Below are positions 41,301-53,514 of a DNA stretch of 64,000 bases, one piece after another (position 1 is the first letter of the stretch; each line of letters begins with the position of its first letter). This stretch comes from Chrysomallon squamiferum. Its lineage: Eukaryota > Animalia > Mollusca. A program made the translations under genes and the position numbers. The DNA lies in assembly GCA_012295275.1 (NCBI GenBank), contig CM022677.1, positions 7,006,001 to 7,070,000 of the forward strand, given 5' to 3'. Under the pieces are notes generated by a model. It was not told the origin of the DNA. It searched no databases and worked only from the letters and a program-made list of their open reading frames with translations.

Positions 41301-41600
41301 ATTACAACAGATCAATAGCATCCATCAATGACATATCTAATTCCCTGTCAAACTACCTACATACATAACTAACTGTGCCTGCATTACAACCTGTATGATT
41401 TATATATATATCTGTACGTCTACTCAGCCTGACACACAAAACACACATGACAGAAGGAAGAATACACAGAATAGATAGATGGCCATTGTCATGTTTACCT
41501 ATCTACCTCAATTCATCTACATCTATCAATTCATTTGTTAACTTCTACTGATCTAACTGTCTATTAGTCTATCAATATCTCTCTCTTTCTTTCTGTATAC
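38400..41600. repeat. Long degenerate (TATC/TACC/CA)-type low-complexity tract
   Basis: Decayed tetra- and dinucleotide repeats; strand bias flips near 38800. Confidence 0.8.
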
Positions 41601-41620
41601 CTTCCTGTTTATTTCTTTAC

Positions 41621-41831
41621 CTTGTTAACCTCCCATCAGACAGTCAGTCTCAAATCTCTGTCAGTCATCTCTCCATTAAGCTAAAACCTGCCTGTTGTCT
41701 ATCTGTAAATATCACTGCTTTACATCTTTACCATCTTTTTCATATCAGTAGATATTTCAACTGTTTCAAGTAAACTTTATAGTCTTCTCCATATTTTTAT
41801 AACTGAAGCTGATTCCAGAACCTTGTCTTTC
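41621..41831 (-). pseudogene. Decayed exon, identity unknown
   Basis: tatctacag|..|gtaaag; KTRFWNQLQL*KYGEDYKVYLKQL...; multiple stops. Confidence 0.45.
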
Positions 41832-42206
41832 CTGTAGATACAATAATAAAATTTAATAGAATAATAAGTATTTTACTATTGTGTTTAATTGTCTGTAATG
41901 TTAGAAAGAAATTATTATAAATAAACATCATCTGTCTCTTATTGTAATAGATTTTAATAATAAATAACAAATAATTTAAACAAAATTACAGATCTATGAA
42001 AAAATATAACTACAATTTTACATTCTGGTCAATTTAAAAAAAAAAAAAATTGTCTTTTATATCTATATTCACAAAAATAAGTGAAATATTTCTTTATGAA
42101 AGATTTTCTAATACTAAGCAAGAAGAATGCACTGATTAGATCAAAATATGTTAAAGGTAAGCAATACAAACAGAACATGAAAATATAATAATAATAATAC
42201 AAATAC

Positions 42207-42375
42207 CACACTAATATTTCTCAAAGCTGAAATCCATAAAATTGTGAATACTCCTGTGACTCTTCTGCACTGACCTGCCTTGTACTGTAAGGGAGAGGGT
42301 GAGATCTGACAAAGTCTGTCTTTGACCAAGTCTTTAAAAAAATACAAAATCTGACACAGACTTGACAATTTCCAC
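42207..42375 (-). pseudogene. Decayed exon, identity unknown
   Basis: attttcaatttacag|..|gtattt; VEIVKSVSDFVFF*...HNFMDFSFEKY*C; phase-compatible with the 41831 exon. Confidence 0.4.
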
Positions 42376-43096
42376 CTGTAAATTGAAAATAATTCATATA
42401 AAAAATGTCAGGCATTTTAGTTAAATAACTAATTGATAAGGTCTGTCATTTATTAACATTACCAATGCTTTTCAGTTCTTTAAACTAAAAATAATCAACT
42501 GTTATACGAGCATTTTTATAAATTAAAACTATAAATAAATTTAAAATTATTTAAATTACTGATTCGAAAGCTGTTTATGTTCAGAATTATCAAAAGAGAA
42601 CTGACAGAAAGATAATATATAATATTTTCTTTCTTTGTTATACTTCAAAATATTACAACTTTGAAAATAATTTTTAAAAAAACAAAGGAAAGAAAGGAAG
42701 AAAAAGAAAGAAAACTAAAAAAATGATAATTAGGAACAAATAAGAAATGATACATAAAGATAGAGACAGAAAAACAGATAAGTATATAGTAAGTAGAGAC
42801 ATAGTAAGAAAGATAAACATATTTATCTGAACATTTTCAAGGAAAGAAATACAGACAAACAAAAGCAGAGATAGAAATAAAATAAATAAATAGGGAGGCA
42901 GGCAGAAAGAGAAACAGATAGACTAAGACATATTTACAGACATGTTTAGAATGTTTTTAAAGGTTTTAAAATCTGACTAAGTGACTAGATGGTAAAGCTT
43001 GTGGCAGTTCAAGTCTTGGTCTGGCTGCTTTCAACACAATTCCAGTTTCACAAGAAGATTAGTCATTGAATCACATGATCAAACATTTTCTGTTAC

Positions 43097-43314
43097 CTTT
43101 CTTTCTTAGACATTATTTTTTACCAAAATACCTCTGGCAATGGCTGATGGTGTTTCTGGTTTCTTTTCTAGTGTGTCTGGATGTTTCTTGGCACAGAGTT
43201 TGAGTTTTCAGTGGTTGGTGTGGTGATGTCAGTTTGTCTCAGTCTAATGGTGATACTGGTGCTGTTGGTGCTGACTGCTGTTTCATTTTCATTGATGTGA
43301 AACCTATGTCAGTT
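43097..43314 (-). pseudogene. Decayed S/T/P/Q-rich exon (possibly CAMSAP disordered middle region)
   Basis: tttccacag|; TDIGFTSMKMKQQSAPTAPVSPLD*DKLTSPHQPLK; donor at 43131 or 43096. Confidence 0.4.
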
Positions 43315-43816
43315 CTGTGGAAATAAAAAAAAAATTAGAAAGAAAATGTTATGTGTATATATATAAACACAGAGGGCAGACCTTGAAATTAAGAGAAAAC
43401 ATTAAGTGAATATAAATACAAATATTTATCCAAATCATTGGTAACTATTTAAAAGACACTAATAGTAACAAACAAGTTATCAGAATAATACTGGTTCTAA
43501 AAAAATCACTAATAATAATAATTTCCAGAAAACAAAATATATTGACAATACAAGTTTACACCTTCATTATTGTTTGGGTTTGTTTGGCCACTAAATAGAG
43601 CTGTTAGGGAATATAGAACATCTATTAAACAAAAAATGAAAATACTAAAAACTTTAAATCCCAAAGAGTATTTGTCAATTCTGAACATCTGTACTTAATT
43701 CTAGATTAAATAAGTATGCAGATGAAACCTGATTTTAGAAAATATGATGCTTCTTCTTCTTTTATTTTAAAATATAAAGATTTCCAATAAAATACTCAGG
43801 TTTGTATAAAAGTGTA

Positions 43817-43881
<65 letters not shown>

Positions 43882-43997
43882 ATGATATAAAATGCAGTGT
43901 ATGACACAAAATTCTAATGTATGTTACACAATGCAACTTCCTACATTAAATTAAATTAAACTTCATTAGGTTTAGAATAATAAGAAAACAAACTCAT

Positions 43998-44120
43998 ATT
44001 CACTGTTCAGTTTTTTCGTTTTTCCAATGGCAGCAGTACAAACTTTATCCTCAGTGCTGGACAGCACCTTCTACTGAAACAACTTCACTAGCCAACATCA
44101 GCGCATCAATTATGTGCATT
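43998..44120 (-). pseudogene. CAMSAP: CAMSAP/Patronin pseudo-exon
   Basis: tttttcag| NAH-IIDALMLASEVVSVEGAVQ ... EDKVCTAAI resembles AHLAMIDALMMAY..E..S.EKVV...EDA..FWINKV; frameshifts, deletions, donor mutated to ATGAGT. Confidence 0.75.
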
Positions 44121-44655
44121 CTGAAAAAAAACAAAAAATAATAAAATAATAAAAATAATAAACTGTTATAAATAAATAACTAATGTTTCTGTTATTATTA
44201 AAATTAAAATTTTACTGTTATCAGTTACTGGGTTATTCAGACACAAAGGGGTGTGGGATATTTTTTATATACTTTGTATATCCATTATAATGATACTGAT
44301 GATAATGGTATTAATTTAATTAATTAACAAAACAATAGCAAATAAATGATTATTACTATGCTATTTTACAATCAGTAAAGAGTGGTTACTTTAAATATCT
44401 ATCACAGGCCTGACATATTACTTGACACAAGACTGTTCACATTATCAGTAGTCTCTTGTATCCCTTCTTACCAGCATCAGCTTGTTTTCACAAGAATGCA
44501 GAATTCAATGGCACTCTGCCCTTTTCTTATAGTTCCTGTCAATGCTGAATTTGATATATCATATTATAGTATTCCAGCAGCACTTGCACTCTTCAGTGTG
44601 GTTCTAGTCAGTGACTGTGTAGCGGGATGAGAAATTTATAAAATATTTCACTCAC

Positions 44656-44751
44656 ATCTGATTTTTCATAGAAACATTCTTTAAATTCATTTGGAATATT
44701 TTCTCCTTATACTTTCTGCAATATCCATGCCAATGATGATTTTAATTTGTC
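44656..44751 (-). pseudogene. CAMSAP: CAMSAP/Patronin N-terminal pseudo-exon
   Basis: ttgccag|96 nt|gtgagt: DKLKSSLAWILQKV*GENIPNEFKECFYEKSD resembles AK..ASL.WL..KA....P.EL..PFY; in-frame TAA. Confidence 0.8.
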
Positions 44752-45064
44752 CTGGCAAACATCTAAAATAAATAAATATTAGTAATGAAAAAGCAAATGA
44801 ATAATAATAATAAAGACCTTATACATTCATAGGTTTATACTGTATGATTTGAACATGTTGTAATACATATAGGTTTGATGAAGCAGTTATTGTCAACCAG
44901 GTACATTATCAGTAGATACAGGTGTAGATAGTTTTGGATGTCTTAGTATTAGTCATATTATCTGCATAAGACACCTTCTTCAAAAAAGAATCATTTTAGT
45001 AGTGTTTTGCACATGAAGATTGTGTAGTGTATTAATGTCTTTTGTGATTATGATTACAAATTAT

Positions 45065-45108
<44 letters not shown>

Positions 45109-45449
45109 AATATTATTATAACAAATAATTTCATTAATATTTTACAGTGTCTACATATGAAATAACCTGGTCATATTTTTCTTAAATATTTATTCATCTT
45201 TATTAGTTTTTAATGTCAACATTGAGCTTTACAGGTATTTATCTTTAATAATATGAAAGCATTTAGGGCCCCACCTATTATAAACTTTAATATGGTTAAA
45301 AAAAGTATTTAATGGATAGATGAAGTCAGCAATTTAACATAAATCTTTAAAATAATAAATCATAAATAAACTGACAGAAAACAACCTGTCAAACAAAATT
45401 AGCATATTTTCTTTTAATAGTTTTATTAGTTTATTAAAAAAATTAAAAA

Positions 45450-45491
<42 letters not shown>

Positions 45492-45719
45492 AATAAATAA
45501 ATAAATAAAAATTGTCTGTGAGTTGACACATAGTTAAAACAAATTTAATTACTGGCCATACGAAATTTTCTCCTGATACATCATTGGTAAAACAAAATTA
45601 AAGACTAAACACTTAGTTTAAAAAAAAAGAAAAAAAAAAGAGATAATAAAATAAATAAAATAAATAAAAAATAAATAAATATTATTCCCAAATAAATAAT
45701 AAATAAATATTATTCTCGA

Positions 45720-46226
45720 ATAAGATGGCTGCCATCAGGTGGATGTGACGTTTCAGTAATAATTAAATAAAAAAAAAATCCAAACTCATTAACAACTATA
45801 ATAATAAATAGTACTACCTGTCTGCTTCACAAAATGAAATACTTTAAGCAACTTTTTTGTTGCATGATAATGCGATTACACCAATTCTGTAGAAGATTCT
45901 TCTAATCCCGACAATCATCCCGCATTTTCCCGAAAATACAATCCTAAAAAAAAGGAAGAAAAAGAATTCAAAACAAATAAATAAAATAAAGGAACATAAC
46001 AACCTTTCTTAAAATATACTTGAAGTGGTTCTTTTTTGTATTATTATTATTTGTTGCTTTTTTTAGCCAATCATTGACGTAAACTTCAAATAAACGGTGT
46101 TGTTATTTTACCCCCCTACTTTTTCTTTCTTCTTCTTTTTTATTTATTTATATTTATGAAGGATATATTTCATCTTTTCAGGTGTCTTCTCCTGGTGTGC
46201 TGAAATGTTAACTAAAAACATGTGAA

Positions 46227-46271
<45 letters not shown>

Positions 46272-46760
46272 ATAAAAACATGTGAACGCAAATACAACAA
46301 ACAGGAAAGTAAAAAAGATATGTACTTAAGAGAAAAAAGAATGTGGCTGACTATACTGATTTCGAGTGCCTGTATTAATGTTAAGAAAATTGTTAGATTT
46401 GATTAGTAAAATAGAAAAAAGCAGAAACCTCTACCAAAAAAAAAAGAAAGAAAAAGTAAACCAAAAATAAATAAATCACACTCCAGGTTCAGACACAGGT
46501 ACCTGCATTGTCACGAGAGTTAGTAGGAATTAGTCTCACTTTCACTTTTATTGTTTTCAATATTTCCTAATTTTCGTTGCTTGTAAACCAATGAAATTAT
46601 TTTGATAACAAAAACTATTAAAATAAGCAATCGTTTTCTTCAAAACGATTGCGTTTTTCAGCCATTGTTCTCAAAGTAAAAATGACGAAACAATTTTCAT
46701 CTAAAGATTTCCATTGACGTATAAAGATCGGCGGGAAGTATAAATACGTCGACTAGATAT
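45720..46760. promoter_or_regulatory. CpG-retaining promoter-like region
   Basis: AAGATGGCTGCC (YY1-like, 45722), AGCCAATCATTGACGT (CCAAT + CRE half-site, 46066), TTGACGT..GGCGGGAAGTATAAAT (46714-46745). Confidence 0.4.
45850..45943 (-). pseudogene. Possible first coding exon remnant of the CAMSAP pseudogene
   Basis: SGLEESSTELV*SHYHATK resembles the E....Y(D)...K segment that precedes AKL..SL.W. Confidence 0.3.
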
Positions 46761-48003
46761 ATCTGAGATCTATCTTGAAAAAAGATCAAATCCAACGTTA
46801 GGCCTATAATTCCCACATTTATAACTACCGTCAGTGTTTTGCACGCACACGCACAGTCATATACAAATTCTATTTTAAGGAAGATATATATATATATATA
46901 GATAGATAGATAGATATAGAATGATCATAATATCTGTATGTCAAATCTTAATGTGAAAACGTAGTACAATAATTCTTCTTGTATAATTCTTCAAATAGTA
47001 TATTATTTGATATAAAACTTTTTTAAAATTGAATACAGAAGCATTCGGGATTGTACAGAAATAAACTTCTAGAACAATGCATTTGTAAATATTTCTTAAA
47101 TATTTCAAAAACTGTTTACATAGTATCCTTTTTTCTTTTCTTTATTTTTATCTGTAAATAAAAGAATGATGTTGTATTGAATGTTCTGTTACAGTGTCCC
47201 CCTTTGCAAAAGTGGAATTTTTTATTATTATTATATATATATACTAGTGATAATATAGGCAATATAGATGAACATTATTAATTAGATAATGTATTTATTT
47301 ATCGTTATTATTATTATTATTACTACTACTACTACGACTACTATTATTATATTAATTATTAAAATAAATCATGTAGACTGTCTAAAATATTTTTATGAGG
47401 ATGCTAATGATCTACTGTTTAATTTTTATTTTGTCTTGGAACTGAACACCTTCCAGTATTTCTTATGTTTAATGTATTTATTTTTAAAGCAGGAAAATTT
47501 GTAATTCGCGTGCTATAACATGAACAGAAGTTTAAATGTTCAACAACAAATGTAAAGAACGCTAACAAAGAGTCTAGAAATAAAAAAATGATCAGTTAAT
47601 TTTAACTGAATTCTTTCAGTGGCTGTTTTCATTTGTCACCAGTAATCTATGTTTAATTACAACGGGAAGTTCTACGTTGTTCAAGGCCACCGAGAGACGT
47701 CCTGTCCGTCTCTTTACAATAATCTCTTACGTCTACAAATTGTATTGGGGATGGGTATTGAAATTACTTCTTAATTTTGTTATACTGTACAAATCGGCAA
47801 ATGGATCATTGAAAAGAAGTTGAAAATAAAAAAGGTTGATATGACCCTGTCATAGTTTGTATTGAGTTAATAAAAAAATATCAGCCTGATCTCGCGCCCA
47901 CTCAACTTTTCCTTTATAACATCTTACATTTCATCGATTATAGAGAAGACCTGAATACTGGGAAATATAGAGCGTACGTTCAGTTTGTTTTAATTTTTTA
48001 AAG

Positions 48004-48051
<48 letters not shown>

Positions 48052-49234
48052 AACAAATAGAAGAAAACTCGAATAATATTCCATTATGTACATAAAGTTA
48101 TCAAGTTTATTTTGTAAAACTATAAATCATAACATAAATCATAAACAAGTAAAAATAAGGTGATATTTTTAATTAAGGATACCGCTATTGAGTCTAAATA
48201 ATGTTTGTGAAAGAAATATATATCTAATAAGAATAGTTTAATAAACTTCAAAATATTGATGAATCAAATTATTTATTAGTAAAATAAAAGGTCAATTTAA
48301 ATTTGATAATAATACATTTTATTAAGCAAATTTGACAAATTTGAACTGAACTTAATTTTTTAATTATATTCATTAAAGGGTGTACATCAGCGCAAGTTGT
48401 ACAGTGTAACATACTTTACATTTCTTATTATACCTGGAGTTCTCTTATTACGTTAGATATTAATATAACAGCTCCACCAATAATAATATATATAACAATG
48501 AAGCAGACACCGTAGATGTCACAGTCCTCTCTTTGTCAACAGCTAAATAACAACAATAACACCTTAATATTTTTATTTTTTATTTTGTTTTCATTTTTCT
48601 GTAAAAACGGAAGCTTCCTATATATGTTTGACGCTATTCTCTTAGTTTCATTAGAACTGTTCTGACTGCGGATATAAAAATTACTTCGAATTTTTTATTA
48701 GGCCACGTGAAGTTATCAGATAAATCAGATTTATTCTTAGTGTATTGTTTCTGTCGAGATAAAAACTAAATACTTCTTTTTAAAAAAGTATATAATAATG
48801 ATAATAATGATTTATTTATAATGTAATTACATGAGAAATCGTGAACTTTTATCACAGTTAACTAAAGAATATCGCTATTTGCACTGATAATGTTACCCAA
48901 AATTAAGACCCTTGTTTTATCATGTCTGTATTATTTATATGGCATTTTAACATTATATTAATTAGAGATTATAGGTTATATTATTGAATAAATATGGAAT
49001 CTCATTCTTGATTATTAACTTACTTTTAGATGTGTTTAAGAAAAATTAATGACATATTTTTAATTACTTAATTTGATAAATACTAGCTGAATTTTAGATT
49101 AATTATGTAATTTCGTCTAGAGAGAGAGATGTAAATTGTGTCGCAGAATATCATGTTACAGCGATCATAAAACACAATATCACATAGGAGGAAAATGTCC
49201 CAGAATAAATAGTTATTTGATTCAGATGGACATT

Positions 49235-49435
49235 TTTATATTTAATCATATCAAAATTATTTAAACATATTAAAATATATTTAATCATATCAACATATAT
49301 TTAATCATATCAACATTATTTAAACATATTAAAATATATTTAATCATATCAACATATATTTAATCATATAAAAATACACTTAATCATATAAAAATATACT
49401 TAATTGTTTCAAAATATATTTAATTATATCTGAAT
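49235..49435. repeat. ~20-bp AT-rich minisatellite
   Basis: atatatttaatcatatcaac-like units. Confidence 0.8.
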
Positions 49436-50439
49436 ATATTTATCTTAAACGTTTTATTTGCTACTATGTAGCCACGTACTTACCTTCTAATTGACGGTTC
49501 TATTTTGTAAACTCTTCAGAACATGAAATATGTTTCATTATTTTCTGCAAGAGATTATGTGCGTGTGTGCGTGTGTCTGTTTGTCCATATCTATCTGTCT
49601 GTATACAAATGTAAACGTATCTTATTTAAATTTATTTTGTGAATACGAATGTGTACGTAAAGTACCTTTCGAAAACTGCGAATGTGAAAATGGACTCAAT
49701 ATTTGTATTGAAATGTACGCAAACTAATAAAAATATGTTCCTTATATCAATTCAGGTCTTTTGTTTTATGATTTACAGACAACGATCAAGTGGGTTAAGA
49801 GAATTTACATTATCCTCACTTGAAGAAATCACAGTTGTTTTCACACGAGTGTTTACAATAATCATGTTCTATGAAAAGGGACACATTTTCAGAGGTAGGT
49901 TTGATGCTGAAGTGTGCACTTGTTTAACCAACACAGCACTGATTTTCTGAGACTACTGGGTTCAAGATAAATAAACTGTAATGAAAATTACAAACAACTT
50001 TTCTTGCGTTCAAATCCTATACTAAGATGTATTATTACTATTTCTATTAATATCACCATAGTTGCTGTCCTTGTTCCTAGCTTTGTTGCTGTAATTCTCA
50101 TTATTGTTTTGCGCTTTTTATTAGTCATTACTCATACTTTCTGAGTATTAAATTGTATTATTGTAATTTCTATTAATGTCGCCGTCGTTGCCGTCGTACC
50201 GGCATAGTTCCTAACGTAGTTATTAGAGTGCTTCTCATTGTTCTTCTTTGTTTTTTTATCACCTATTATTCTTATTTCTTATTTTTGCACCTCCTGTATT
50301 AAAATATATTATTAATACATCTTTATTATTAGTGTTAACGTTGGAGACGCTGCTGTCGTACCTGTGTTGCCCTTCAAGGCTTGGTGTTTATTATTCTTTT
50401 TCGCATTTTACGATTCTTACTTTCTACAGTGCGCATCCA

Positions 50440-51455
50440 GTATTGAAATTACTATTATTATTACTGATATTACCACTAATTTACTGCTATTTCTACTAAT
50501 CTGCCGCCGTTTCTTTATCGATACTATCGCTATTACTACTAATCTCTCACTGTTACTTCAGCAATACTACTTCTGGTACTACTAATGTGTCACTGTTACT
50601 TCAGCAATATTACTGCTATTACTACTAATTTGTCAGTTACTTCATCGATACTTTTGATATTACTACTAATCTATCACTGTTACTGCGTGAATACTATTGT
50701 TATTACTACTAATCTGCCTGTATTACATCAGCGATACTACTGATATTACTACTAATCTACAAGTGTTCCTTTAGTGATACTACTGATATGTCACTGTTAC
50801 TTCAGTGATACTATCGATATTACTGCTAATCTGCCACTGTTACTTCAGCGATACTACTGTATTACTAGTAATCTATCACTGTTACTTCAGCGATACTACT
50901 GTTATCACTACTATCTACCACTTACTTTAGTGATACTACTGATATGTCACTGTTACTTCAGTGATACTATCGATATTACTGCTAATCTGCCACTGTTACT
51001 TCAGCGATACTACTGTATTACTAGTAATCTATCACTGTTACTTCAGCGATACTACTGCTATTGTTACTAATCTACCATTGTTATTCAGCGATACTACTGA
51101 TATTACTACTAATCACTTTTACTTCAGCAATACTACGCTATTATTACTAATCTATCAGTTACATCAGCCATACTACTAATATTACCACTAATCTGTGACT
51201 GCTACTTCAGAGATATTACTGATATTACTACTAATATGTCACTATTATTTCAACAATAATACTATTACTACTAATGTGTCACTGATCATACTAATATTTC
51301 AGCCATACTATTGATATTACTACTAATCTGTCACTGTTATTTCAACCATACTGCCTGATATTACTACTAATCTGTCATTAATATTACTAATATTTCAGCC
51401 TTACTACTGATATTACTACTAATCTGTCACTGTTATTTCAACCATACTACTGATA
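50440..51455. repeat. ~40-43 bp minisatellite with a 156-bp higher-order duplication
   Basis: Unit tattactactaatctgtcactgttacttcagcgatactactga; 52-aa period in ORF 50774-51070. Confidence 0.9.
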
Positions 51456-52024
51456 TATAAATGGAATATAAAACATGCTTTATAACTTTAGAAATGTGCT
51501 GTTTAATGCTTTACTGTTGTGGTTATCAATATACCTAATGTAATTCATTAGCCATAAAGTTCCACTAAATCATTAACAACTGAATGTTTTTGTTTTTTAT
51601 GGGGGTTTTGCAGGGTTTTTTTTTTAAAGAGAAATCCTTAATATTATTTGAGTCATTTTTCACTTTTGTAGGCAGAGAAGTATAATTATTGCTTGTTACC
51701 TGGACATAAGACATTTGTTTCACATGCTTCTTGAAGATTCCTCTTCGTAGCATGTTCTTATCTCAAATCTTATTCTAATGCCTCTACCACATGTTTCACT
51801 ACAAGTACCCAGTCTCAGAAGTGACCATGCAGACCAGGCACCATCAACTATAAGCGTGAAATTAGCGTGAATTTTGCAAAATAAAAACATGGCAAGTCAT
51901 AGACGGCATACAACCGTAAACACAGACTAGTCATAGACGCATAGAATAACTCAAACTAAATAAACAAAAACACAGCTATACTTCACTGCAGTGTTTCGAA
52001 TTTCATCAGTCAAATAGCTGGCTT

Positions 52025-52717
52025 CTTTAGTGAGAAATTTTTTCATAATTTCCTGTGTTTGGTCGAATATGAGACAGACACACCCTCATTTCTGCTTTCG
52101 TTGTAGTAACCTCTCGTGCTTCATGTTTTTGATGTTGCCTAATTCACATATATAAGGAGTTGAAAATTGTAATAAAATTGCTAAAACTCTTTTACATAAT
52201 ATGGGATACACCTCTTGTATTGAAATCCAAAATGAATCAATGGGCAGAGTCGAATGTTTTAATTTTAAAGTCATTAGAAAGGGCGGCCAATTCTTCTTCT
52301 TCCTGTAACTCAAGTCCAATGTTGGAAGAATGATTTATGAAAGGATCTCTAATCCAATCATACTTTTCTGTCTTTAATGACGGAAAGTAATTGTTGATGC
52401 TTTCGTCCAGGGCTGTCAGATGAGTAAACACAATAGGGATCACTTCTCTAATGCAGGTAGAACGCAATAAAGGGAACATATAAAGGTTGACAGTGACTGC
52501 TCTTTTTTCCCCAAATTACTATTTTCTTTTTGAGGGCAACTAACTTGTCTGTTGAAGTGAGAATATTTTCGTTTTTACCTTGCATTCTACTGTTTGTTTT
52601 ATTTTGGGATCACGTGGTTTTTCGCATTTTCTTAGTGTGCCGTTCAAAATTTTGCAGCACACATAGGAAGATCTCGTGGCAAACCTGTGCGCCCGGCACA
52701 CTGGTTGAGAATCACTG
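52025..52717 (-). mobile_element. hAT Buster/Charlie (ZBED8/SCAND3-like) deletion derivative
   Basis: TIR CAGTGATTCTCAACC at 52717-52703; MQGKNENILTSTDK, YFPSL...YDWIRDPF, FWISIQEVYPILCKRVLAILLQFSTPYICELG (hATC dimerisation domain). Confidence 0.85.
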
Positions 52718-53514
52718 AATTAATGTTATACTAATCATGTTATAAGGCAGAATATTGATAAACATTATTTACACCTCAAAGCATTTGTGTAAACTGTTTA
52801 ACAAATATCAATTGATTGACAAGATAAATATATGTAATTATTTAAAATCATATTACAAAAATCATTTTTAAAATCTCTAATAATGCTTGCAGAAGGCACT
52901 GGATTGGAAAATGGATAAAAAACAAATACAAAGTAAATAAAGAAATGCATAGCTTAATTTATGTGTTTGTTGTGTATGTGTGTTTTTGTATGCAAATGTG
53001 TGCACCAACACACACCAATGTAAACACACATCATGGATTCATATAAATCTATTTATACTCGTCAATATTCAGTCGATTTTCAGAAGCTTACCTCTATCAG
53101 ACACTGTGTAAGTGCATGCGTGCATGTGTATGTATGTGTATTCACGGATAGATAGATAGATCAGATAGATCCTGAAGTCACTATCAGTAATTGCAATATA
53201 TGATCACTAGATAAGTTTCTATATTTTCAGTCGGTAAACAAAAACAATATTACTTTTTTTAAATATTTAATTACCAGTTTAATCTTAAAAGCCCCTAGTG
53301 CTTGTACAAACTTCAGCCTGTTTATCAGTAGCTCCATCCATATGCAGGACAGACAGTCGGTGCGTGGGTGACTAGGGCGGGGGTGGTGGATAGGATAAAA
53401 ACGGGTGAGCTTTGGGTCCCGGACAGAAAAGGTGAGTTGAACACATGCCCTCCCGCCCTACCCCGACATTTTTCGAGATTCCATTTATCCCATATGGATA
53501 ATTAGCGTACGTAA

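Noticed and set aside
37874-41318. Numerous 60-145 aa ORFs rich in Y/I/H/S/L
   Set aside because: Translations of microsatellite and low-complexity DNA
42980-43030. tRNA/SINE-like A box (TGACTAGATGG) and B box (GTTCAAGTC)
   Set aside because: No cloverleaf and spacing too short; at most a decayed SINE head
49639-49950. 103-aa ORF with a possible internal exon ending AG|GTAGGT
   Set aside because: No recognisable domain or linked exons
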